From: Candidatus Poribacteria bacterium
GTDB lineage: Bacteria > Poribacteria > WGA-4E > PCPOR2b
Assembly (NCBI GenBank): GCA_965116925.1
Contig: OZ220744.1
Span: 3,200,001 to 3,264,000, forward strand
Direction of reading: 5' to 3'
DNA: 64,000 nt
The position numbers were made by a program, and so were the translations under genes. Below the pieces are notes generated by a model. It was given only the letters and a program-made list of their open reading frames with translations, had not been told where the DNA came from and did no database searches. Of this stretch, positions 19,568 to 30,757 are shown piece by piece. Positions within the stretch are counted from its first letter, which is position 1. Each line of letters starts with the position of its first letter.

Positions 19568-20449
19568 TTAACCCATCTCAGATAACCGCTTCTCCAGCGC
19601 AACCGCCTCCTCTAACTGTTTCATATAACCGATAGAATGCGTTAAATAGGTGTTAGGGTCCGGCCTTGCGGGCAGGCAATCCAAGGAGAGATAGCCCTCA
19701 AATCCGATTGCATCAAGTTCCCTGATCACACCCGTGAAATCAATATGCCCCATCCCCGGCATTTGACGGTTGCTGTCCGCTAGATGAATCAGCATCAGTC
19801 GGCGTTCCGCCCGTCGGATCGCATCGGGGACGGAGACATCCTCAATGTTCGCATGGAAAAAGTCCACCATCACGCCCAAGTTCTCCTGCCCAACTTCATC
19901 AGCGACACCAACGGCGTCAACCACACTGTTCATAAACCCTGCATAGCCTTCAAACCGATTCACCGGCTCCATCGCCACCCGTACACCACGGTCAGCAGCG
20001 TAACGGCTGATTTCGCGTGCGGACTGAACAAAGTTTTGTCTCACCGTTAGGAGCGGAACGTCAGAAACCGGGTACTTCGGTTCAGCCGGGCAGCAGCAGA
20101 TTTCATAGACGGACACATTCAGATCCACCGCTAAGTCTGTACATTTTTGGGCGTAACCTATCGCATAACGCCGAACCACCTCGTCGGTGGAAGCCAAATC
20201 GCGCACCTCGCCGGCGTGCCACGTCGCCCACGCCCCAAGCAGCGCCGCAATCTCCAACCCCATCGACCGCGCTATCTCAGCAATTTCCCGATACCGTTCT
20301 ATCTCGATTCGATCCGGTTCTGCGGTGAGATCTATGCCATCATAGCCAGCGTTCTTGACCAATTCAAGCACCGCACGCGGTTGCTCCCAAATGTCTAACC
20401 CGAAGGTTGCTAGTGTGTCAACGATTACCGAGTATTTCAATTGAGCCAT
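19568..20449 (-). CDS. sugar phosphate isomerase/epimerase (psicose/tagatose 3-epimerase-like)
   Basis: MEPVNRFE, DFFHANIE, HLADSNR..PG.GHIDF. Confidence 0.87.
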   Translation of the reverse strand: MAQLKYSVIVDTLATFGLDIWEQPRAVLELVKNAGYDGIDLTAEPDRIEIERYREIAEIARSMGLEIAALLGAWATWHAGEVRDLASTDEVVRRYAIGYAQKCTDLAVDLNVSVYEICCCPAEPKYPVSDVPLLTVRQNFVQSAREISRYAADRGVRVAMEPVNRFEGYAGFMNSVVDAVGVADEVGQENLGVMVDFFHANIEDVSVPDAIRRAERRLMLIHLADSNRQMPGMGHIDFTGVIRELDAIGFEGYLSLDCLPARPDPNTYLTHSIGYMKQLEEAVALEKRLSEMG

Positions 20450-20569
20450 CGTAATCTCCTTCTATTTTTCCATTGACTTGCTAACCGATTGCTTGTATCA
20501 TCACTCCAAATACAAGCATTCAATCACTTTCCACCTTTTTATATCCATTCCTATGAAATGAGTCCAGAC

Positions 20570-21979
20570 ATGACAAAAACCGATCTCTGCTACTTGTCAG
20601 CCCTGCAACTGCGGGAACTATACCAAAAAGGCGAGGTGTCACCGGTTGAGGTAACTGAAGCGGTACTCCGCCGCATAGATCAACTCAACCCCAGCCTCAA
20701 CGCCTTCATCACGACAACGCCAGAACTCGCGCTTGAGGGAGCGCGCCGTGCCGAACAAGCCTACCAAACTGATGAATCTCCGCCCTTGTTGGCTGGCATC
20801 CCGACCTCAATAAAAGACCTTGTGGCAATGACAGGGATTCGGAATACCCGCGGTTCCTTGCGTTACAAAGATTCCGTATCAGACTTTGATGCACCGATCA
20901 TCGAGCGGTTTCACGAAGCCGGTGCCGTACTACTAGGTAAGACCAATCTGCCTGAATTTGGGTGGAAGGGGGACTCAACGAACCGTATCATCGGTTCTAC
21001 TCATAATCCGTGGAAACACGGTCGTACCGCTGGCGGTTCTAGCGGTGGTGGGACGGCAGCACTTGCCGCAGGGTTAGGACCCCTTGCCCAAGGCAGCGAC
21101 GGCGCAGGCTCGATTCGTATTCCGGCGAGTTTCTGCGGTATTTACGGACTCAAACCCTCGTGGGGAATCATCCCGCAGTATCCTCCCAGTGCCGTCGAAC
21201 TGCTCTCCCACATCGGTCCGATGACACGGACAGTCGCCGATGCAGCACTCATGTTGAACGTCATGGCTGGAGCCGATCCACGTGACCGTCTCTCGATTCC
21301 TACGGAGACCGATTATTTAGCCGCTCTGGAGGGAGATATTGCAGGGCTGCGCGTTGCGTGGTCGCCCGATCTGGGTTACGCACTCGTCGATCCGGAGGTC
21401 CGTGAAATCGTTACGAAAGCCGCACTGCGTTTTGAGGAACTCGGCTGCCACGTTGAGGAAGCCCACCCCGGTCTCGAAGATCCGTGGGAGGACATCGTTC
21501 ATATCATCTGGGGATCCACATTCGCCGGCTTACATCTCGATAACCTAGATGCGGTTCGCGATCAGATCGATCCGGGCTTAGTGAGAGTGATAGAACAGGG
21601 ACTCCAACTTTCGGGGCCTGAAGTTGCCATAGCCTACGCAAAGCGTAATGACTACTACGACGCTTGGCGGCAATTCATGGAGCAATATGACCTCCTGCTA
21701 ACCCCTGCGCTGCCTGTGACAGCGTTTCCAGCTGGCGATGATCATCCGGGACAAATCGACGGCCAACCGACGACCTATCTGAGCTGGACAGCGTTCACCT
21801 ATCCGTTCAACATCACCGGTCAACCGGCGGCGTCCGTTCCATGCGGTTTTGCCAGCGATGGGCTGCCGGTTGGCCTGCAAATCGTCGGACGATGGCGTGA
21901 CGATGTAACCGTACTCCGCGCCTCCGCTGCCTTTGAGAAACTCGCGCCCTGGGCAGATAAACGACCCCCACTCGACTAG
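20570..21979 (+). CDS. amidase signature family enzyme
   Basis: SIKDL, GGSSGG, GSDGAGSIRIPASFCG, GLPVGLQIVG. Confidence 0.93.
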   Translation: MTKTDLCYLSALQLRELYQKGEVSPVEVTEAVLRRIDQLNPSLNAFITTTPELALEGARRAEQAYQTDESPPLLAGIPTSIKDLVAMTGIRNTRGSLRYKDSVSDFDAPIIERFHEAGAVLLGKTNLPEFGWKGDSTNRIIGSTHNPWKHGRTAGGSSGGGTAALAAGLGPLAQGSDGAGSIRIPASFCGIYGLKPSWGIIPQYPPSAVELLSHIGPMTRTVADAALMLNVMAGADPRDRLSIPTETDYLAALEGDIAGLRVAWSPDLGYALVDPEVREIVTKAALRFEELGCHVEEAHPGLEDPWEDIVHIIWGSTFAGLHLDNLDAVRDQIDPGLVRVIEQGLQLSGPEVAIAYAKRNDYYDAWRQFMEQYDLLLTPALPVTAFPAGDDHPGQIDGQPTTYLSWTAFTYPFNITGQPAASVPCGFASDGLPVGLQIVGRWRDDVTVLRASAAFEKLAPWADKRPPLD

Positions 21980-22352
21980 AGGTTGGGACAATTATGTATA
22001 AGGTCCACCAGCTCAATGAACTAATGAACCTATCTTCTATAGCCCGTAGATTGGGTTCCGGTCTTTTGTACCACAATCTGTATGAAGTTTAAGTATTTAA
22101 ATCGGTAATCCCGATTTGCCTCCAAACACACGGTAGGCGCGGTTTTCAACCGCGCCGGTGTCGCTAGCAAATTACCGAACTGTTTTTTTAATTTTCATTT
22201 AGATTGTGATTCCAATCCGCAACCTAACAGTTCGCGCTACATTTGTCAGACTGCCCGATGATTATAGTAGAGCCCGTAGGTTGGGTTGAACGACAGTGAA
22301 ACCCAACATTCCAATGAACCGATGAACTAATGAACCAATTTCTTGGAATTGA

Positions 22353-23414
22353 TTAACCCGCAGCAGCTTCGCTATCTACCTTCGACTCAACGCCCTGCAA
22401 CGCTTCCCTAGCCTGCTCTGCTGCCTCCGATGTTGGATCGTTGTTAATAATACGATTGAGATGTAGAATCGCGTGTGCATCGCCCTCCCTCGCAAGATCC
22501 AACGCCTCTGCAAACACCTTTTCGCCGAAGCTAAGATCCCTTGGGACTATCGGATGTTCCAAATCCTCCCAGTAGTACTTCAGGTCGTCCGACTCCCAAT
22601 CCCGGTACACATCCTCCCACTGGAGTTCATCAAACCTGTTGAGGTGCGGCTGCAGCATATGCTCCGCTATCGGATCGCCGAGCGCGTGATACCGGTTATC
22701 CAGTGAGACACGGAGTTTATCCTCTGTGTAATTGGGCAGCGCCTGATGTATCGTCAACGCCAAAAAAATTAAGGAGTCCCCGATCTCATAGTTCGTGGTG
22801 TGCCATTCGCCCTCTATCTCGTCAGCGTAGATCTTTTGAGCACCAGCACCGAGCGAGAAGTGATGATCAAGAACCTTGCCGACCTTGTGCGATCCCGGTA
22901 TCAACGCCAGTCCACCCAGTTCTATTGGACAATCACCGACAGGTGCCCAGCAGGTGTAGGTCTGAAAGTTTCCTTGGAAATGCACAAAATCTTGATGTAT
23001 CGGCGTGGTATGTTCCGTATACTTTGGAAACCATAGACGCGCAATTTTCTGCGGATGGGGCAGCACCGGCTTGCCGATCACCTTCTCCAGCGTGTCGATC
23101 ACCTCGGGCCAATGGCCGGAGCGATGAAACGATTCTAACTTATAAACTTCGTGATAGACATCGGTATACTCGGAATTCCCTTCCGTACATTGGCGCGAAA
23201 TATCGGCGATACCATCCATCGGATCGGTGCCAGCGACGAGCCAACCGCCCTCTTGGATGACCGTCAGCATCTCTCGCCGCAGCGCTAATAGTTTATCCGG
23301 ATCTTGCAGTTTCTTGAAGAAGAGGTAGCCCTCATCCTGAATCCGGCGCTGAAGTTCTTCAGGGTCGTCCATTGCATCGTTGGACACTCGAAACTCTTTG
23401 TATTGATTCGCCAT
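22353..23414 (-). CDS. phytanoyl-CoA dioxygenase (PhyH) family Fe/2OG oxygenase
   Basis: TPIHQD, IPGSH, TIHQA, RVSLDNR. Confidence 0.88.
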   Translation of the reverse strand: MANQYKEFRVSNDAMDDPEELQRRIQDEGYLFFKKLQDPDKLLALRREMLTVIQEGGWLVAGTDPMDGIADISRQCTEGNSEYTDVYHEVYKLESFHRSGHWPEVIDTLEKVIGKPVLPHPQKIARLWFPKYTEHTTPIHQDFVHFQGNFQTYTCWAPVGDCPIELGGLALIPGSHKVGKVLDHHFSLGAGAQKIYADEIEGEWHTTNYEIGDSLIFLALTIHQALPNYTEDKLRVSLDNRYHALGDPIAEHMLQPHLNRFDELQWEDVYRDWESDDLKYYWEDLEHPIVPRDLSFGEKVFAEALDLAREGDAHAILHLNRIINNDPTSEAAEQAREALQGVESKVDSEAAAG

Positions 23415-23437
23415 TTTTTCTCCTTTCTTATACTATG

Positions 23438-23703
23438 TAGAACTTACGCAGCTGAACATTCAAAGCCTCGTAGGGGCTACTCTAGTGGTTACCTTCAAAC
23501 ATTACCAAACTGTGAATCCACAATTTCGTAGGGAACGCAGATCTGCGTTCCCTACAACCGCTCACTATAGTGAATTCAAAAAATAAAGAAACACTTGCGC
23601 CCCCCGGTAGGTGCGGTTTGTAACCGCACCGGTTTGGCGTGTCCCATTAATTCTAAAATCTACTATAAATTGCGCTACTGCAAGCTGAAGCGCGTAAGTC
23701 CTA
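23438..23703. mobile_element. family-C MITE containing a perfect 28-bp palindrome and a nested family-A MITE (23566..23667)
   Basis: TAGAACTTACGCA...CGCGTAAGTCCTA; the inner 102-bp element matches 29119..29220 at all but one base. Confidence 0.75.
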
Positions 23704-23704
23704 A

Positions 23705-24760
23705 CTATATTGCAACGTTCCGTATATTAGATAAATTCTGATGCACCGTCTCCCATACCTCATCAACGGTGATTAGCTTCATACAGATATTGTTTTTACA
23801 CCTGTTCGTAAACTGTTTGCACGGATTACACGGCACATGATGGCGGATGGTCGTATGGATCGGATCGAGCGGCTGAAAACGGATATGATCGCCCGGTCCA
23901 AACAACGCCACCGTCGGCGTGTGCATCGCTGCAGCGACGTGCATCGGTCCCGTATCGTTTGTGACAAATAGATCACACTGCTCAATCAACGCCGCCAGCT
24001 GGCGGATACGAAGGTTACCGGCGAGCGAAATCGCCTCTGTCCGCATGAGATCTCCCACCTGCTGGACAAGCTCGCTTTCGTGAGGTCCCCCAAAAAGTAG
24101 CACCTGCGCGTCAAACTGATTCGTTATGCGATCGCCGATCGCCGCAAATCGGTCAGGCATCCACTCTCGCAATTTCCACCCCGCGCCCGGAAACAGCCCA
24201 ACCTTCGGCAGATCTGCCTCAACGCTCTTGGTGGCAATCATTTCATCGGCAAAAGCGCGGTCTGCCTCCGAAATAAACAGCTCGAGTGTCCGATCCGTTG
24301 CCTCTATCCCGATTGGACGCAGCAGGTCAAAGTAGCGATCGATAGCGTGCGCTGAGGAAATCCGACCGGCACGGATAGCCTTGGTGTTGAGGTCTGGCAC
24401 ACGGACGGTACACAACACTCCATTCGGTTGATGATACCCAACACGACACTTCGCACCGCTCAGATACGCGAGCAGACTCGTCCGAAATTTGCGCTGGAAA
24501 TCGATCGCCAGATCAAAGTGCCGTTCTCGCAGGAGGCGGATAATCCGTCGCATTTCGCCGGTGTCCTTATTCCCCGCTTTTCGGTCAAACGGAATCACTT
24601 CGTCTATATGCGGACTTTCCGTGAGTAGGTCAGCAGACTGCTTCGCCACTAACATTGAGATACGCGCCTGCGGAAAGTGCTGCCGCACCGCACGGATGGC
24701 TGGCGAAGTCAGGACAATATCGCCAAGTGAACTGAGACGAATGAGAAGGATATTTTTCAT
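23705..24760 (-). CDS. waaF: glycosyltransferase family 9 (LPS heptosyltransferase II-like)
   Basis: ILLIRLSSLGDIVL, VTNDTGPMHVAAA, ALFGP. Confidence 0.75.
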   Translation of the reverse strand: MKNILLIRLSSLGDIVLTSPAIRAVRQHFPQARISMLVAKQSADLLTESPHIDEVIPFDRKAGNKDTGEMRRIIRLLRERHFDLAIDFQRKFRTSLLAYLSGAKCRVGYHQPNGVLCTVRVPDLNTKAIRAGRISSAHAIDRYFDLLRPIGIEATDRTLELFISEADRAFADEMIATKSVEADLPKVGLFPGAGWKLREWMPDRFAAIGDRITNQFDAQVLLFGGPHESELVQQVGDLMRTEAISLAGNLRIRQLAALIEQCDLFVTNDTGPMHVAAAMHTPTVALFGPGDHIRFQPLDPIHTTIRHHVPCNPCKQFTNRCKNNICMKLITVDEVWETVHQNLSNIRNVAI

Positions 24761-25133
24761 GATTCTGTCCACTTTTAGGTCACGCTAAAAACATCACAAA
24801 TGAGCGAATTTGCTGCCGAGCCGTCGGGAATTTCCTGTCTCGATTTAGAATTTTCTACAATTGAGCTCTGATAACTTCTGGAGTTATTCCTATTAATTTG
24901 ACCATTTATTGTATCACGTTCTTACGTTCAGAGCAACAGTCATTTTTTAATACACAGGACTTACGTGCCTTCAGATTGTAGTTGCCTGATTTATCAGGCG
25001 TATTGTAGTTGATCGGTTCATCAGGCATCAGGTTGCGCTAACATATTCCGCAAAAAGGTGATATAATTTCATTGGGCTTCTACAACAGTCGATTCCCCCC
25101 GTAAATCTCTAAACAGGAGGCATAAACCAACCC

Positions 25134-26705
25134 ATGCCAAAACCACGCATCATGTTCTACCACGACGGACGCCATCCACACATCTACCGCTACGAACCAC
25201 CCATGCAGAAGGAGGAGTATCAAGCCTGCATTGACGAGTTAGTCGGTACGCCTATCGAGGCAGTAATGTTCTGCTTGGGAGAGGGACGCACCGTCCTGCA
25301 CGATACCAAAGTGGGTGAACTGCTGGGGCACAACGTAGACAAATGGGACCACCTCGTCTTCCACCGCGCCCACCAAAACGCCAAGAGCCTCATCAAGGCG
25401 GGGCATGATCCGCTGCGAATCGTCTGCGAGCGGGCACACGAGAAAGGGCTGCTACTCTACCCCACCTTGCTCGTCCAAAATTTCGGTCCGGAGACGGCGT
25501 CGGTACGCTGTTCAGATTTCCGCTGGGAGAACCGACATCTCGAAATCGGGGCCCGTGGCGACCTGAACCCCGATATGCCTTGGATCGACGGACTCGACTT
25601 CAAGCACCGAGAAGTCCAAGACGAACGTTTTGCCCTAATCGAGGAGACCTTGAATGAGTATCCGGTCGACGGATTTGAACTACAACTGAACAACTATCCG
25701 CGCTACTTTCACCCGGACGAAGTGAATGCAGGAATTGGGGTCATGACCGACTGGATCGGACGGGTGCACGAAGCGGTCAAAAAGAGCGGGACAGATCGAG
25801 AATTGGTCATCCGTGTTCCGTCCAATATAGAGGACGCTCTATCCATTGGACTGGACTTGGAGACGTGGGTGAAGCGGGGAATTGTGGATGCTTTGGTCGG
25901 TGAGCCCTTCTCCGCGCCACATCGGATAGATCCGAATACCGATTTCCGTCCACTGGCAGCAATGGTGAAAGACTCCGCCTGCCGCTGCATCGCAGCCATC
26001 CACAGCCATGTGGACTCGGACCGACTCGCTGAAGCACCCATCTCCATGGTCCGTGCCACAGCCTGTAACTACTGGGAGCAGGGGATCGACGGGCTTTACT
26101 TGGCACAGTGGTTTCCGCACTGGCCCTATCAGGCGGATTTCTACGAAAGGCTGCGCGAGATACCGCACCCCGACATCATGGAGGCAAAGGACAAATACTA
26201 CTATATCCCAACCGAGAACGCTCGCCCCCACGAACCTTGGGTGTCCACACAGCTACCGATTAAGATGGAAGTGAATAAACCAGCTACAGCGAAGTTCACT
26301 ATCAGTGACAATCTTCCGCGTTGGGACAAAATAGGACGGGTGCATGAGGTGCTATTAAGGGTAGGAATCGCCGGCACGACGGAGTTAGATCGGATTCGCT
26401 TCAGTCTTAACGGGAAAGCGTTACCGGAAAGGATAATGCGTAAGATCAATCAGATGTATCGTATGAGTGGACCGCGCAACCGATCCGGTCCTACATACTG
26501 GTTTATCTTCCCGCTAGATCGGGCGCATTTCCCCCAGCGCGGAGAAAATACGTTGGAGGTCACACTGCTTGAACGCGATCCTGATGTTCTCGGTGCAGTT
26601 TCTCTACGCGATGTTGAACTGGAGATTAAGTATTTAATGGGTAGGAGCTTTCATCGCGGTGATGTGGATCCTGACCTCGGACCTCACGGGTATGGGGTAT
26701 CATAG
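25134..26705 (+). CDS. hypothetical protein with a glycoside-hydrolase-like TIM barrel
   Basis: 523-aa ORF, AGGAGG RBS, YPVDGFELQ barrel motif. Confidence 0.7.
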   Translation: MPKPRIMFYHDGRHPHIYRYEPPMQKEEYQACIDELVGTPIEAVMFCLGEGRTVLHDTKVGELLGHNVDKWDHLVFHRAHQNAKSLIKAGHDPLRIVCERAHEKGLLLYPTLLVQNFGPETASVRCSDFRWENRHLEIGARGDLNPDMPWIDGLDFKHREVQDERFALIEETLNEYPVDGFELQLNNYPRYFHPDEVNAGIGVMTDWIGRVHEAVKKSGTDRELVIRVPSNIEDALSIGLDLETWVKRGIVDALVGEPFSAPHRIDPNTDFRPLAAMVKDSACRCIAAIHSHVDSDRLAEAPISMVRATACNYWEQGIDGLYLAQWFPHWPYQADFYERLREIPHPDIMEAKDKYYYIPTENARPHEPWVSTQLPIKMEVNKPATAKFTISDNLPRWDKIGRVHEVLLRVGIAGTTELDRIRFSLNGKALPERIMRKINQMYRMSGPRNRSGPTYWFIFPLDRAHFPQRGENTLEVTLLERDPDVLGAVSLRDVELEIKYLMGRSFHRGDVDPDLGPHGYGVS

Positions 26706-26953
26706 TAGGTTGGGTTGAACGGTTAAACGGCAACCCCTATCAACTACAAGAGAGGTTGCATCATTCAACAACATCTGCTTATAGACCGATAGAGTAAAAC
26801 CCAACTCCGTTTGTCATCGGGACGGCTCCTTTTGAAAACATTATTCCCTAAAAGTGGGCTTTTGTACCACGAACTGTTAGATTGCGATCTCCGTCCGCAA
26901 ACTAAAATTCGTTACGTTTCACTAATTTCTTGAATTTTCACTCAAGACAAGCG

Positions 26954-26982
26954 TTGACATAAAAAAGAGACCATGCTATAAT
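26954..26982 (+). promoter_or_regulatory. consensus sigma70 promoter with extended -10
   Basis: TTGACA-17nt-TATAAT with TG at -15/-14. Confidence 0.85.
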
Positions 26983-27174
26983 CAGTACATCCGAAACTGA
27001 AAATTTCATCAGTTCAGGCGACTATAAGAGTCGAGAACCCTATCCGAAAATTTCAATGAAATCGGGGCTGGGAGGTTTTGTCAATTAAACAAGCAGTCCT
27101 TTTTTCCCGGGTAAGCCCCAAATGAATCGTATGAACATTTTACCTGTTTTTCAGGAAGGAGCGTTAAATATAAA

Positions 27175-27942
27175 ATGAAGAAATGGATGAAACTGTCTGT
27201 TTGTGCCACGCTTTTAATATCTGTTGCGCTGCTAAGTGGTTGTACTAAAACAGTTGAGCCGCTTGATATCAGTAATTTTGAACGGATTGCCATCGCCCCG
27301 TTTTCGACGGAAAAAGAGTCCGCTGGAATGGAGCGCAGGTTTCCTTTGGATCTGTCTACGCAACTTAGCCTCGTAGAAAAGGACAAAGAGTGGATCTATG
27401 ATCAATCCGATACGCTCAATCCAATTGGTAGTGCGCTAGCAGCCCAGAACTTGACGCCGCAGGATATTTTCCTCGATCCTGCTCTCGCGGCAAAGGTAGG
27501 TCAGGCGGCAAATGCCGACATAATTATCGTGGGGCATATCAAAAATCCGAATCTTGATGAAAAATACGATAGCAACCCACTCTACGATATGAGTGCTCAG
27601 GCAGGGATATCCGGGACTACGAAATTTGTTATAGTCTATCAATGGGCAACACTTAAGATACAGGTGAAAGCCGTTGATACAAAATCCGGAAGCGTTATCT
27701 GGGACAATGGTGAGTTTACAGGCTATACAAGATATATCCGTGAATTTAACACCCAAGATCCAGCGAGACACACCAGCCGTATTGCGCCGGACCAATTAAA
27801 AGCTGATATTAGAAAACATATGCTCAACCAAATCGGTCATCAGCTCGTACCGGATAAAATCACCGCGCGTCCCGTGCCAGAAATTCTCATGAGACCCGAC
27901 CGCAAGCTGGTCAGATCAGGTGGGCAACCAGTTCTATGGTAA
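27175..27942 (+). CDS. lipoprotein (CsgG/LpoB-like fold possible)
   Basis: Lipobox LLSG-C; RIAIAPF, ADIIIVG, AVDTKSGSVIW. Confidence 0.8.
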   Translation: MKKWMKLSVCATLLISVALLSGCTKTVEPLDISNFERIAIAPFSTEKESAGMERRFPLDLSTQLSLVEKDKEWIYDQSDTLNPIGSALAAQNLTPQDIFLDPALAAKVGQAANADIIIVGHIKNPNLDEKYDSNPLYDMSAQAGISGTTKFVIVYQWATLKIQVKAVDTKSGSVIWDNGEFTGYTRYIREFNTQDPARHTSRIAPDQLKADIRKHMLNQIGHQLVPDKITARPVPEILMRPDRKLVRSGGQPVLW

Positions 27943-28114
27943 GTGGCAGTTCTTGGAGGCAAATACATCTGATAGGGTGGGCACCGCCCACCCTATAGGC
28001 TACCAAGGTGGGTACTAGCCTGTAGGAGTAGTGGGTAAGTCAAGTGCTTAGAGTTCATAGGTTCAGAACTTCATTAATGGACCTATGAACTTTTTTTTAC
28101 GCTTCACGTTTCAC

Positions 28115-28903
28115 TTATGGTGTCCCCCGTCTCCCGCCGCCGTCCATGTATATAGAACTACCGAATATATATGAGCACGGCTCCGATGCCAAAAATGTCA
28201 CCACATTGGCAATCTCCTCCGGTTCAGCGATACGCCCCGCGGGGAGTTCCTTGCCGAGCTCTTCAAGGAGCTCTTCGACATCTATTCCCGCTTGATCCGC
28301 ACTAACTTGCTGCACATCGCGTGCCCGTTGGGTGTTAGTGAGTCCCGGACAGATTGTGTTCACCAAAATCCCATCTTTGGAGACCGCATCCGAAAGGGCG
28401 CGGGTCATATTCAAGATGGCGATATTGGCAAGGCTTACAGGGATGTTTCCACTAGTAGGGCTTGTTCCCGCACCACCGGCGACGTTGATAATACGACCCC
28501 AACCGTTCTCCCTCATGTGCGGAATCACAAGTTGGGACATCCGCAGATAACTGTAACTCTTCAAACTGAGTGCGTCATCAATCAACTCGGTGGGCAGGTC
28601 TAAAATATCGCTTCCCCTCGCTGCGCCTGCACAGTTGACCAAAATATCAACCCCGCCCAAGTGATCTACAGTCTCGCTCACAACTTTTTGGCAGCTTTCC
28701 AGAGATGTCAAGTCAACTGCAACAGCGTATCCCTCACCGCCGACACTGTTGATTTCGCCAATAACCTCATCTAAACGCCCTTGGTTCCGGGCGGTGATAC
28801 AAACACGCACCCCTTCACGTGCGAGTGCCAACGCACAGCACCGACCGATACCGCGACTCCCACCTGTTACAATTGCCCGCTTTCCCTTCAATCCTAAATC
28901 CAT
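28115..28903 (-). CDS. SDR family oxidoreductase (atypical, no YxxxK)
   Basis: TGGSRGIG, LVNCAG, VNTICPG, MDGG; VSLAN at the position of YxxxK. Confidence 0.88.
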   Translation of the reverse strand: MDLGLKGKRAIVTGGSRGIGRCCALALAREGVRVCITARNQGRLDEVIGEINSVGGEGYAVAVDLTSLESCQKVVSETVDHLGGVDILVNCAGAARGSDILDLPTELIDDALSLKSYSYLRMSQLVIPHMRENGWGRIINVAGGAGTSPTSGNIPVSLANIAILNMTRALSDAVSKDGILVNTICPGLTNTQRARDVQQVSADQAGIDVEELLEELGKELPAGRIAEPEEIANVVTFLASEPCSYIFGSSIYMDGGGRRGTP

Positions 28904-29118
28904 AGGTTTTCTCCTCTTTACAGTGTGGTGATAATCACGGTTTATCATAACACAAGCGACTAGGTTCTGTTAACAATTTCGCTCATGTTAAGATTTAGTG
29001 CAAAAAAAACCGAGTTTTTTTCAAAACTCGGTTTCTCTTCGTGTTCCGCAAGTCCCGATTCTCGGGCTGCTCGGAACGACAGCGGAATCCCGATGTGTCG
29101 GGACTTGCACTTTCTTTT

Positions 29119-29220
29119 TATAGTGAATTCAAAAAATAAAGAAACACTTGCACCCCCCGGTAGGTGCGGTTTGTAACCGCACCGGTTTGGCGTGTCCCAT
29201 TAATTCTAAAATCTACTATA
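29119..29220. mobile_element. family-A MITE, 102 bp
   Basis: TATAGTGAATTC...AAATCTACTATA, near-identical to 23566..23667. Confidence 0.8.
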
Positions 29221-29324
29221 TATGAGCCAACATTTCACCGTAATCAGACAATCAAGCGAGGTGCACAGACACATAGTCCTTCGTAGGGGTTGGGTCTCCC
29301 AACCCTTTGTTCACACATTACTCA

Positions 29325-29930
29325 TCAGAACCGAACCGATAATGTCGCGAGCCAACCGTGCGGTGTCCTGTTGATGCCAATAGACGGTCGTTTTTTGGCG
29401 TCCTGTTCGTTAAAATAGTTAATCATCTTTGACCAGACCACTGCGTCAGTGATTCCGCCGGTGTAGATTATCGCTGTCATCAAGCCCGCACCTATCAACT
29501 GCACTCTCTTCCCTTTAACCACCCGCAGCCCGTCTGTTTTATGCCAATATACAGCGTTTAGCGTCGTGCCACCGCCGATGATAGTTGCCAAAAAGAAGCC
29601 GCTCCCCTTGAGGTACTGGTTATTATAGATTTGCCCAGAGCCGGGGATAAGCGCGGACAACAGACCGCTGAGCGTCGGGTCTTTCTGTATCGTCGGCAAA
29701 GGGGCAACCCTCGGCGCAGGGCGCGATGGACGCCGGTCTATCTTAACAACATCTTGCATACTATACGTAAACACCTTGCCCTTTGCCGTCTCTATCGCCA
29801 CAGACACATTGGGGATCTCCCTGATAACTGTGCCTTCGATAACAGTGCCATTTTTCAGGTGTATGGTATCTGCGATGGACGCCGTGACAACAGACATTCC
29901 GATAACTAGCAAACAGACACAAAGCCGCAT
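29325..29930 (-). CDS. exported/membrane hypothetical protein
   Basis: Signal peptide, DTIHLKNG..IEG module, KDP...LLSALIPGSGQIY hairpin, C-terminal LSVRF. Confidence 0.75.
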   Translation of the reverse strand: MRLCVCLLVIGMSVVTASIADTIHLKNGTVIEGTVIREIPNVSVAIETAKGKVFTYSMQDVVKIDRRPSRPAPRVAPLPTIQKDPTLSGLLSALIPGSGQIYNNQYLKGSGFFLATIIGGGTTLNAVYWHKTDGLRVVKGKRVQLIGAGLMTAIIYTGGITDAVVWSKMINYFNEQDAKKRPSIGINRTPHGWLATLSVRF

Positions 29931-29948
29931 TTATTAACCTCCTATATT

Positions 29949-30246
29949 AACCTAATAGGAGTTACGCAGTTCAGTTTGTAGTAGCGCAATTCATTGCGCG
30001 TCCCGACAGGCTCGCCCGACTATAAACCGAAAATCTGACTGTAGGGGCAACCCTTGTGGTTGCCCGCTTTGAGCGTTCAAGTGCGTAAGTCCTACCTAAG
30101 TTACTAATTATTAAAAATCCATCAGAACCTGTAGGTCGAGATTCACATCTCGACACAAAACCGTCGATTTTGGAAAATCGACCTACAGATTGTACGGGGA
30201 TTAGGGGATCCTGGTTTGAATATGCCGACAACTAGCAACCTGCGTT
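29949..30246. mobile_element. family-D MITE (duplication ATATT) interrupted by a family-C MITE 29956..30094 (duplication CCTAA)
   Basis: AACCTAA|TAGGAGTTACGCA...TGCGTAAGTCCTA|CCTAAGTTACTA...CTAGCAACCTGCGTT. Confidence 0.7.
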
Positions 30247-30259
30247 ATATTCCGTTTGT

Positions 30260-30757
30260 TCAGTCCGGCACCACGACAAACGCCTGCGCCATCCGATAGC
30301 ACGCAAAATCAGAATCCCGTAGCGCGTAGAGTTTGAGTTCCCGTTGCTCTTTGGTGACATACTTCCATTCATGTGAGTAGGGGCGTATCTCCTCGTTGGT
30401 CAGCTCCCACCGCGTAAAGCCCAACACCTCCAAAGACTTCATCGGTGTGTGGAAAGGGATACGGTGGTAGATGGTGAACCCAATCGCTAGCCCGTCACGG
30501 AAACTTATCTTGAGCCTCGACCCGTCGAGCAGCCGATAGTTGGTAGTCTGAAGATGTTCCGCGTCGATAGTCGTCTCTGAATCGAGGTGAGACAGCCGCC
30601 TGTCGATGTAGTCGGGACTCCGCATCAAAAGCGGCACAATATCTATCGTCGTCCGATCGCCGTAATCCGAGCACAAACGAGGACCCCCCCGCCCTGGAAA
30701 CGCACAGCCTGCCAATAACATCATCATCAACAGATACCACACCATTTTTTGCGTCAA
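30260..30757 (-). CDS. hypothetical lipoprotein
   Basis: Lipobox LLAG-C; 4-bp overlap with the upstream gene. Confidence 0.65.
   Translation of the reverse strand: MTQKMVWYLLMMMLLAGCAFPGRGGPRLCSDYGDRTTIDIVPLLMRSPDYIDRRLSHLDSETTIDAEHLQTTNYRLLDGSRLKISFRDGLAIGFTIYHRIPFHTPMKSLEVLGFTRWELTNEEIRPYSHEWKYVTKEQRELKLYALRDSDFACYRMAQAFVVVPD

Noticed and set aside
20570..21979. gatA
   Set aside because: No gatB or gatC neighbours; the sequence fits a generic amidase-signature enzyme
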